A stretch of DNA of 52,886 nucleotides. Source: Kiritimatiellia bacterium. GTDB lineage: Bacteria; Verrucomicrobiota; Kiritimatiellia; RFP12; JBMNHG01. Below are positions 36,484 through 44,227 of the stretch, piece by piece. How positions within the stretch are numbered: position 1 is the stretch's first letter; each line of letters opens with the position of its first letter. The DNA is taken from NCBI GenBank assembly GCA_050950285.1, contig JBMNHG010000001.1, positions 1 through 52,886 of the forward strand, read 5' to 3'. The notes beneath the pieces are model-generated. The model saw nothing but the letters and a program-made list of their open reading frames with translations. It ran no database searches and was not told the DNA's origin. A program made the position numbers and the translations under genes.

Positions 36484-38199
36484 TCAGCCGGTGACGCTCA
36501 GGTCGCGGTGGATGCCCGCCTGCCAGGTGGCGGTGGTGACGCCCGTGGGCACGGTTCCGCGGGAGAGGCGGGAGAGAGCCTCCCGCAGGGTCGCCGCGAG
36601 GGAGGCGTTGACGGCGCGCACGAAGACCGGGATGCCGGGGCATGGGGCGGGCCAGGCGTCGTGCGGGCCCGGGGCGGCGGGGGTGCCGGTCCAGGCATCG
36701 AGCCATCCGTCGCCGGGGATGGCGACGGGGCGGGCGTCGAGGCCTGGGTCGAGCACGGGGCACACGAGCAGGTCGTCGCCCAGGAAGTACTGGTCCGCCA
36801 CGGCCCAGCGTTCGGATCCGGCGGCGGCGCCCCATCCCATCGGGCGCAGCAGCGGCGCGCCGCACACATCGGCGGCATGCCGCGCCAGGTAGTCCTGGAG
36901 GGCCTTGTGGAGGCGGGCGAGGGCGAGCACCGCATCCGCGACGGGCGCGGCGTAGTTCCAGGGGTAGTAGCTGAACTGGAGGAGGGGGAGGAAGGCGGAG
37001 AGTTCGGTCCAGCGGACCATGAGTTCGTCCGTGGGCAGCGGGTCGGAGGCGTCCATCGTCTGGACGCGGCCGGGGACCATGTCGGGCAGGATGGAATCGT
37101 AGCCGGCGAGGGCGAGGTGGAGCGCAAGGTTCAGCATGGCCTTGAGTCCGTTGTCGCGCCCCCAGTGGCTGTCCTTTCCGCCGAGGCGCCAGAGGATGGC
37201 GCGCTGCTGGGAGAGCCAGGCGGTGCGCGTTTCGCAGAGGCCCGGCGCAATCTCCTCGTAGAGGGCGAGGAGGGCGTCGGAGAAGCCGGAGGCGCCTTGC
37301 GGATCGTGGAAGGCGGCGATGTCGGGGGAGGGCTGGTACTTGGCGTCGCCGCCGTCGATCTTGAAGCCGTCCGCGCCGAGGCGGCGAAGATGCAGCAGGC
37401 GTTGGCGGAACCAGTCGCGGCCCACGGGGTTCGTCACGTCGACGAGGCCGGCTTCTCCGCCCCACCAGCGGAGCATCGCGGCCCCGGCGCCGTCGCGGCG
37501 CGGCACCAGGACGCCGTCCCGTTCGAGGCCGGGGAAGGTCGCGGCCTCGCGGTTCACGAAGGGGGTGGTCCAGAGCAGCGCCTGGAATCCGAGCCGGTGG
37601 AGTTCGGCGAACATTCCGGCCGGGTCGGGGAAATCGGGGGAGAATTCGAGTTCGCCGAAGTTGTTTTCCCAGCGGTCGTCGATGACGATCGTCGAGCACG
37701 GGTAGCCGCGGTCTCGGATTTCGCGGCCCATGGCGAGCACGCGGTCTTGCGTGATGCATCGCGGGAACTGGGTCCAGGTGCAGAAGAAGCAGTCGCCGTA
37801 GAGGTCGGGCCGGACGGGGGGGCGGGCATCGGCGCGGAGGTGCGCGAGGAGGGCGGTGCGGGCTGCGGCGAGAGTGTCGGCGGCGAAGACGCGAAGCGGG
37901 GCGTCCTCCGAAGGCGCGAGGCGCAGGAGCCCGTCGCCATCGCGGTTGACGGCCACGGCGATGGGGGCGGTCGTCTCGAGGAGGAGCGCGATTCCTGCCG
38001 TGCACATCCAGATGGGGCACTGGATGTTGTTCACGGCGAAGGCGTCGTTCGCGATGCTTCCGGTTTCGAGCGGGAAGGGCTGGTCGTGCGAGAAGCCATG
38101 TCCGAACCAATGGCCGCCGGGGGCGAGCGGGATTGCGGTTTCCGTGCCGGCGCGCAAGGGGAGGGTTCCCGTCCGGAGGGCTTCGAAGGGAAGGGTCAT
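36484..38199 (-). CDS. Glycoside hydrolase family 31 (NET37/MYORG-like subgroup)
   Basis: IVIDDRWE, FPDP, GFKIDGGD (nucleophile), GKDSHWG, LPDMVPG, ELMVRW, DQYFLGDDLLVCPV. Confidence 0.85.
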   Translation of the reverse strand: MTLPFEALRTGTLPLRAGTETAIPLAPGGHWFGHGFSHDQPFPLETGSIANDAFAVNNIQCPIWMCTAGIALLLETTAPIAVAVNRDGDGLLRLAPSEDAPLRVFAADTLAAARTALLAHLRADARPPVRPDLYGDCFFCTWTQFPRCITQDRVLAMGREIRDRGYPCSTIVIDDRWENNFGELEFSPDFPDPAGMFAELHRLGFQALLWTTPFVNREAATFPGLERDGVLVPRRDGAGAAMLRWWGGEAGLVDVTNPVGRDWFRQRLLHLRRLGADGFKIDGGDAKYQPSPDIAAFHDPQGASGFSDALLALYEEIAPGLCETRTAWLSQQRAILWRLGGKDSHWGRDNGLKAMLNLALHLALAGYDSILPDMVPGRVQTMDASDPLPTDELMVRWTELSAFLPLLQFSYYPWNYAAPVADAVLALARLHKALQDYLARHAADVCGAPLLRPMGWGAAAGSERWAVADQYFLGDDLLVCPVLDPGLDARPVAIPGDGWLDAWTGTPAAPGPHDAWPAPCPGIPVFVRAVNASLAATLREALSRLSRGTVPTGVTTATWQAGIHRDLSVTG

Positions 38200-39014
38200 G
38201 CGGAGGCTCCTCGGGCTTGCAGCGCGCGATCCACGTCGGGGGCGGCGTCCAGCAGGGCCCGTACCTGGGGATGGGAGGGGTGGCGAAGGACGTCGTCCGG
38301 CGGACCGGATTCGAGGATCCGCCCCTGCCAAAGCACGTGCACGCGGTCGCAGACGGCGCGCACCACGGCGAGGTCGTGGGCGATCAGCAAGACGGCGAGG
38401 CCGAGGCGGTCGCGCAAGTCGGAGAGGAGGTTCAGGATGCGCGCCTGCACGGAGACGTCGAGGGCGGAGACCGGTTCGTCGGCGATCAGGATCTGCGGCT
38501 CCACGGCGAGGGCACGGGCGATGCTCACGCGCTGGCACTGCCCGCCGCTCAACTCGCGGGGGGTCTGTTCTGCGGTCTCTTCGGGAAGGCCCACCTCCCG
38601 CAGGAGCCCGGCGACGCGGGCATCGAGCGTGGAACGGGGGCAAATGCCGTGGACGGAGAGGGCTTCGCGGAGGGCGGCGCCCGCCGTGAAGCGCGGATTG
38701 AGCGATCCGGCGGCGTCTTGGAAGACCATCTGCACGCGGCGGCGGAAAAGGCGGCGCGCCGCGGAATCGAACGTCGCGATGTCGGCGCCGTCCGACAGCA
38801 CGCGGCCTTCGTCCGGGCGCAGGAGGCCCAGGAGGGTTTTCGCGAGCGTGCTTTTGCCGCTTCCGCTTTCGCCGATGAGCCCCACCATCTCGCCGCGCCG
38901 GAGGGAGAGCGAAACGCCGTCGAGGGCTTGGATGGAGGCGCGGCCCGGGCGGCGATAGCGCACGGAGACCGTCTCCGCGGCCAGGGCGGGAGGGGGGAGT
39001 GCGGATGCGCGCAT
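38196..39014 (-). CDS. Oligopeptide/dipeptide ABC transporter ATP-binding subunit (OppF-like, orphan here)
   Basis: GESGSGKST, QMVFQD, LSGGQCQR, IADEPVSALD, IAHDL. Confidence 0.92.
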   Translation of the reverse strand: MRASALPPPALAAETVSVRYRRPGRASIQALDGVSLSLRRGEMVGLIGESGSGKSTLAKTLLGLLRPDEGRVLSDGADIATFDSAARRLFRRRVQMVFQDAAGSLNPRFTAGAALREALSVHGICPRSTLDARVAGLLREVGLPEETAEQTPRELSGGQCQRVSIARALAVEPQILIADEPVSALDVSVQARILNLLSDLRDRLGLAVLLIAHDLAVVRAVCDRVHVLWQGRILESGPPDDVLRHPSHPQVRALLDAAPDVDRALQARGASA

Positions 39015-39021
39015 CGGCTTC

Positions 39022-39579
39022 CTACAGGCCTTCCAGGAGTTCGATGCGGATGGTGCGTCCCTTGGCGGCGGCGATCTCGGCGGGCGAGGCCTGTATGCTC
39101 TTGAGGGCCTGGCTGGTGCCGGGATCCGACTCGAAGGGGATGATGAGCGCGGCGGAACAGGCCGGGCACTCCGCGGGGGATCCCGCCATGTCGATGGGGG
39201 CTTCGATTTCCTGGCCGCAGGTGATGCAGAGGAACGAGACGAAAAGTTCCGAGGGGTCGGTGGCCGCGCGTTGCGAGCGGTTCGGGAAAGGCACGGTGAA
39301 GGCGCGTTGGCAAATGGGGCAGTCGGCGGCCTGGCCGGCGCAGTCGTCGGTGACTTCGATGACGGTGCCGCAGTAGGGGCATTCGAAGGAGAAGGTCAGC
39401 GCATCGGCGGGAGGGGGGGCGGCGAGGCCGCAGAGGGCGGCGATGTCCACGCCATTTGCGGCCTCTCGCGCGGAGATGTCGGCCATCGCATGCAACAGAA
39501 TCTCCACGCGCTTGAGCGAGACTTTCGCGGTCTCGGAAAGCTCGGCAATGAGTTTCGCCTTGGAATAGGGAGCGTTCAT
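39022..39579 (-). CDS. HU/IHF-like N-terminal helices fused to two zinc-ribbon domains
   Basis: 185 aa. SKAKLIAELSETAKVSLKRVEILLHAMADISAREAANGVDI resembles HU helices 1-2; CPYC..CPIC and CITC..CPAC; C-terminal KGRTIRIEL. Confidence 0.7.
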   Translation of the reverse strand: MNAPYSKAKLIAELSETAKVSLKRVEILLHAMADISAREAANGVDIAALCGLAAPPPADALTFSFECPYCGTVIEVTDDCAGQAADCPICQRAFTVPFPNRSQRAATDPSELFVSFLCITCGQEIEAPIDMAGSPAECPACSAALIIPFESDPGTSQALKSIQASPAEIAAAKGRTIRIELLEGL

Positions 39580-39605
39580 GGGAGGTCCGGAATGTAGGGT
39601 GGGAA

Positions 39606-40079
39606 TCAAAGGGGGGCGGAGGGAGGCGTTTCCCTTTCGATGGTGATGCGGCGGTAGCCGGGATCGGGGTCGAGCTCGAGCGTGACATGTACGGCGCCGG
39701 GGAGCGCGTCGATCAAGTCCGCGGCGCGTTCCGGCCATTCGACCACCACGAGCGAACCGCTCTCGAGGTACTCCTGCCAGCCGATCTCCAGGAGGTCGCC
39801 CGAGTCGGAGAGCCGGTACAGATCCATGTGCACGAGACGGCCGGAGGTGCCCTGGTGTTCGGCGACCAGCGTGAAGGTGGGGCTGGTGACGGGACGTTCC
39901 ACGCCGAGGGCGAGCGCGAGCCCTTGCGTGAAGGTGGTCTTCCCTGCACCGAGGCAGCCATGGAGGGCGACCACCGTACCGGCGGGAAGGCTGTGCGCCA
40001 GGGCTGCGGCGGCGCGCCGCGTCCCGGAGGCCCCTCGCACGCGTCGGGTGGATCCCGTGATGGTGGCGCAAGACGTCAT
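39606..40079 (-). CDS. tsaE: tRNA threonylcarbamoyladenosine biosynthesis ATPase
   Basis: [34 protein letters not shown]. Confidence 0.93.
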   Translation of the reverse strand: MTSCATITGSTRRVRGASGTRRAAAALAHSLPAGTVVALHGCLGAGKTTFTQGLALALGVERPVTSPTFTLVAEHQGTSGRLVHMDLYRLSDSGDLLEIGWQEYLESGSLVVVEWPERAADLIDALPGAVHVTLELDPDPGYRRITIERETPPSAPL

Positions 40080-41035
40080 TCGGCGACCTCGAAGGCGGAG
40101 AAGAGTGCGCCGCACACTCGTCCATGCAGATCGCGGTCTGCCGCGAGCGAGGCGTCCAGGGCAAAGATGCGACCGTCCAGGCCGGCTGCGACGAGTTTCC
40201 CGCGCCAGAGGTTCCCGGAAGAAAGCACGTCCGTGAAAATCCGTTCGAAGGCGTCGGGGTCCGTCCAGAGCGTGCGGATGTCGTAGCCTTCCAGTTCCAC
40301 CTCGCTGGAGAAGCCCCACGCGGCGGCAAAGGCGGGATTGGCGAAGGTGATGGCGCCATCCTCCCCGCAAAGGGCGAACGTCGCAGGCGAAGCGAGAATC
40401 GCCAGATGTTCGCTCCGCAGGCGCTGCTGGGCGCGGCGGCGCCTCTCCGTGTTTCGGATGAAGAAGACGAGATCGCCGTCGTTCACCAGATGGATGCCGC
40501 TCACGGCGACCTCGGCGGCGAAGCTCTCGCCGTCGCGACGGCGGCAAAGCGTATCGAGCAGCACATGGCGTTTCCCGGCGATCGTCTTGTGGATGTGCGC
40601 CAGAATTTGGGCATTCAGGCTGCGGATGAGGGTGTCGATCGGCTGGTCCCAAAGTTCCGCCTTCCCATAGCCGAAGTAGTCGGTGGCGCGCGCGTTGCTG
40701 TCGATGATCCGCCCGGAGGGATCGGTGACGATCACGGCGTCGTACATTCCGGCGAGGAGTTCTTTGTAGAGCGACCGATGGTCGGCATGGCCGGGTTCGT
40801 CGGACGTTTTCTTCGCGACGACGCGCAGGCGGGATTCTGCCGGGGAAGCGGTACGCACGGCGTCCGCTGGTGGGACGGCGGAGAGGTCGTCCTCCGAGGC
40901 ATCGGAAGCCGGATCCGCCGGAGGGCGGTCGGATTCGGGGGGCGCGGGAGGAAGGCCGGAGGCCAGCCCCTCCGTTTCAGCATCGGCCACCTTTGAAAGA
41001 TCCTGCGCCAATTTGGTATTGAACCACAATTTCAT
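40076..41035 (-). CDS. Tandem PAS-domain protein with no output domain
   Basis: Disordered N-terminus; PAS1 [16 protein letters not shown]...FGY...[14 protein letters not shown]2 [11 protein letters not shown]...W; ATGA overlap with tsaE. Confidence 0.85.
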   Translation of the reverse strand: MKLWFNTKLAQDLSKVADAETEGLASGLPPAPPESDRPPADPASDASEDDLSAVPPADAVRTASPAESRLRVVAKKTSDEPGHADHRSLYKELLAGMYDAVIVTDPSGRIIDSNARATDYFGYGKAELWDQPIDTLIRSLNAQILAHIHKTIAGKRHVLLDTLCRRRDGESFAAEVAVSGIHLVNDGDLVFFIRNTERRRRAQQRLRSEHLAILASPATFALCGEDGAITFANPAFAAAWGFSSEVELEGYDIRTLWTDPDAFERIFTDVLSSGNLWRGKLVAAGLDGRIFALDASLAADRDLHGRVCGALFSAFEVAE

Positions 41036-41041
41036 AGCATG

Positions 41042-41070
41042 AAAATAGCACGAACGAGACCCGGATGCAA
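41042..41070 (-). promoter_or_regulatory. Sigma70 promoter, likely leaderless for the PAS gene
   Basis: TTGCAT, 17 bp spacer ending in TGc, TATTTT ending 6 nt before ATG 41035. Confidence 0.55.
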
Positions 41071-41112
41071 TCCATATTGATGAACCATTGATGAACCACG
41101 CCCAACATGGGT

Positions 41113-41161
41113 CAAACAAACAAGAAAACCCGCGAGACCCTGGTGCTGGGGGTCTCGCGGG
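41113..41161 (-). terminator. Intrinsic terminator after tRNA-Ser
   Basis: Stem CCCGCGAGACCC / GGGTCTCGCGGG followed by TTTTCTTGTTTGTTT on the minus strand. Confidence 0.85.
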
Positions 41162-41177
41162 CTTCCGTAGGCAAAAG

Positions 41178-41271
<94 letters not shown>

Positions 41272-41310
41272 GGAAAACCGGATTTCTCGGGGGAAACGGT
41301 GAAAGCAGAC

Positions 41311-41339
41311 AAAATAGACCAGTCCACGGACGGACGCAA
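41311..41339 (-). promoter_or_regulatory. Putative sigma70 promoter of tRNA-Ser
   Basis: TTGCGT (41339-41334), 17 bp spacer, TATTTT (41316-41311). Confidence 0.6.
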
Positions 41340-41533
41340 GAGGATTTTTACCCCGCCGCGTCAAAGAGGTGTGATTCAAAATAGCTGATAGTGTAGCGGC
41401 AATCTGGCGGGAGTGTTTCGTCCGGCCGAAAAAAAGCGCGTGGTTTTGTTGGTTTTGCACTTGCTTTCCCCGAAACGATGCGCCAATATTGGTGTACTCA
41501 AATACGAGTACACTAATCAAGCCGAGGAAAACC

Positions 41534-41887
41534 ATGGACATGGACAGGAAAACAGGGCAAATCGACAGGGACGCGGACGGGATCGAACGGGAGATGGACG
41601 GGATCGCCAGGGAGATACTGGCGCTCGGGCCCTGCCTCGAGGGCAGCTTGAAGGAGAACCCGAAGACGAGGTACGTGAAGAAGGACGGGACCGTCTCCGA
41701 GTATCCGACCTCGCCCATCCTGCAATACAACGACGGGACGGGGAAACGCAGGTACTGCCGCATCCCGCGCGACAAGGTCGGGGAAGTCCGGCGCCTGCTG
41801 GAGAACGGGCGCAAGTACCGGGAGCTGGCGTCCCGCTACGAGAAGCTCGGCGCCCGCCTTGCGCTGCGCTTCAAAAAAAAAGCCTGA
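41534..41887 (+). CDS. IS OrfA, small basic protein (DUF6788-like)
   Basis: SD GAGGA. ILALGPCLEGSL...GKRRYCRIP...ENGRKYREL; ends in the A9 run. Confidence 0.7.
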   Translation: MDMDRKTGQIDRDADGIEREMDGIAREILALGPCLEGSLKENPKTRYVKKDGTVSEYPTSPILQYNDGTGKRRYCRIPRDKVGEVRRLLENGRKYRELASRYEKLGARLALRFKKKA

Positions 41888-43302
41888 TCCCCTCGCTTCC
41901 CGAGGTCGCCTTCGCGAATCTGGGAGAGGTTTTGCGGGGGCTCCGGCGAGCCGATGCCGGATGCGGCCCCGGCGAAACCCCTCCCTGTCTCGACCGGCTC
42001 GACGAGCGGCTTGCCCGGGCCGCCGCCAAGGACCTTGCCGCGCTGCTCTCCCTCGTCCTCTGCGCCGTCGGGAAGGCCGCGCCCCACGGCGCGCCCGACG
42101 GCTGGCGCGAGACCGGGGCGGACACGCTTTTCGGGCACGTGCGCTTCACGTGCGCCTACTACGGCCCCGCGCCGGAACGGATGACAAGGCAGGCCCGGCG
42201 GGCCCGGGAGCGGGCGGCGGCCAAAGGCAGGCGGCAGGCCAAGAACGGGAAGTTCCCCCGCAAGGGGGACGCGGCGTCGGCCTTCCCGCTCAAGGAGGCG
42301 CTCGGGCTGCGCGACGGCATGACGCCGGCGCTCGCCGGCCGCCTCCAGCGCGCGGCCGTGGCCGCGGGATCCTTCGCAGAGGGGGCGGACCTGCTCGCGC
42401 TGCTCTCGGGCGTGCGCATGTCCGGGTCCACCTTCCGGCGCCGGGCGCTCGCCGCGGGCGCCCGTGCGCTGGAGGCGCAGAAGAACCCCGCCGCGTGGAT
42501 CCCCGAACCGCTCCTGCCCGCCTGGCTGCTGGCGGCGACCGCGCCGGTCGCGCCCACGCTCTACATCATGCTCGACGGCACCGGCGTGCCGTGCGTCAAA
42601 AAAGACGTGAGGGGCGTCAAGGGCAAGGGCGGGGACGGGAAGGCCAGGACCCGGGAGGTCAAGGTCGGCGTCGTGGGCACCTACAGGCGGATCGACCGCA
42701 AGGGCAGGCCGGTCCGCGACCCCGGCTGCGAGTCGCACGTCGTCTCGCCGGAGACCGCCGCGGAGTTCGGCTCGCTGCTCAGGCGCCTCGCGTTCAGCCG
42801 CGGACTCGGCTCCGGGCGCTTCAGGATACAGGTCGTCGGAGACGGCGCCGACTGGATCGCCAGCATCGTCCGCGACGCCTTCCCCGGGGCGGACGTCGTC
42901 TTCACCTGCGACTTCTACCACGCCTGCGAGCACCTGCGGGCCTTCCTCGGGCTCGCGCTCCCGCAGGAGGACGTGAAGAAAGCCTTCGGCACCGCGCGCG
43001 CCGTCCTGCGCCGCCACGGCGGCGCGTCGCTGGTCAAGCACCTGCGCAAGCGACACGGAGCCCTGCCGCCGGACCACCCCGCCTGGAAGGAGCTGGAATA
43101 CTTCGAGAAGCGCAAGGACAACATGCGCTACGGCGAGTACCGCAAACAGGGGCTCTACATCGGCTCGGGCGTCGTCGAAGCGGCGTGCCGAACCGACGTC
43201 GCGAGGCGATGCAAGCAGTCGGGCATGCACTGGCGCTTCCACAACGCCGCCGCCATCTGCGCCCTCACCGCCCGCTTCCGCTCCCACCTCCCTGCCGCCT
43301 AA
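41873..43302 (+). CDS. IS OrfB, DDE transposase (Mutator-like/UPF0236), probably reached by -1 frameshift
   Basis: YIMLDGTG, VVGDGADWI, CDFYHACEHL, IGSGVVEAACR, KQSGMHW; no obvious own RBS/start; in the -1 frame relative to OrfA. Confidence 0.9.
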
Positions 43303-43453
43303 CCATCAACTATTTTGAATCACACCCGCGTCAAAGTTCCGGCTGTTCCGATGCCATGCATCGTGGGGCAACGCGCCATTGCGAAACCCGTTGGCGTGTC
43401 GCCGGACGCCGTCTCCCCGTGGGAGAACAAGCCGGGCATGCCGACAACTGCGG

Positions 43454-44215
43454 CTACATCTGTGCCGAACGCCACCAGCTGTAGTATTTGCCCAGCAGGT
43501 CTTCGCGGCGCGGCATCGGGTAGTAGGCCAGTCCCGTACCGCGGCCGAAGTAGAACCCGCGCGCCATCCGGTAGGGGAAGGTCACCGGATGGTTGCGGTC
43601 GACCATCTTGGTGCTGATGGATTTGATGCGGATGTCCACGAGGCACTGGCGCAAATGGTCCATGTTGCGGTACGGCAGCTCGTCGCCCTCGCCGAACTCG
43701 GGATCCGTGGCCAGCTCGCCCAGCTTGAGGTCGGCGAAGTAGAGCGCCGGCAGCGAGAAGAGGGTGTTGGCGGTGTCCGTCATGAAGCGGTAGAAGGAGG
43801 CCGGCCCCCGCATGCTGACGACGAGCGGGTTGACGGGGCAGATCTCCTGGTAGAGGTGCAGGCGGTCGCCTTCGTCCTCCGGGACAGCCTGTTTTTGCAG
43901 TTCGGCGACCCGTCCGTCGCTCGTGGCGAGATAGAGGGAGCCGAGGGCGGAAAGCGGCAGGTGCTCGGCCACGCGGTAGATGGAGATGTAGACCGAGCTT
44001 TTGGGCTCGCCGTCCGGGTGCGGAACGCAACGCCGGATAGCCTCGTCGATGCGGAAGCAATCCGAGCGGAAGGCCGGATCGACCTCCACGAACATCGCCT
44101 GGCCATGCGCCTTCTTCATCGTGCCGACGGCATAGTAGGCGCCGAACTCCTCCGGCGAGAGCATGGAGGCGATCAGCGCTTCGGGAACCAACGAGGCATA
44201 GAGGTGAATCGACAT
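43454..44215 (-). CDS. Hypothetical protein co-transcribed with hppA, with apparent internal duplication
   Basis: SD TAAGGAG; 12-bp gap after hppA; HLYASLVPEALIASMLSPEEF resembles HLYQEICPVNPLVVSMRGPASF. Confidence 0.75.
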   Translation of the reverse strand: MSIHLYASLVPEALIASMLSPEEFGAYYAVGTMKKAHGQAMFVEVDPAFRSDCFRIDEAIRRCVPHPDGEPKSSVYISIYRVAEHLPLSALGSLYLATSDGRVAELQKQAVPEDEGDRLHLYQEICPVNPLVVSMRGPASFYRFMTDTANTLFSLPALYFADLKLGELATDPEFGEGDELPYRNMDHLRQCLVDIRIKSISTKMVDRNHPVTFPYRMARGFYFGRGTGLAYYPMPRREDLLGKYYSWWRSAQM

Positions 44216-44227
44216 GGCGTTTTCTCC

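Larger units (their letters stand above)
41367..43327 (+). mobile_element. Complete insertion sequence, prokaryotic Mutator-like (ISKra4/ISLre2 type)
   Basis: TIRs AGGTGTGATTCAAAATAGCTGAT (left) and GGGTGTGATTCAAAATAGTTGAT (right, reverse complement). 9-bp direct repeat GCGTCAAAG at 41358-41366 and 43328-43336. Confidence 0.93.

Noticed and set aside
41413..41872. N-terminal 150 codons of the 629-aa transposase ORF
   Set aside because: Overlaps OrfA in another frame, is compositionally implausible and lacks an RBS; a frameshift fusion explains the locus better.
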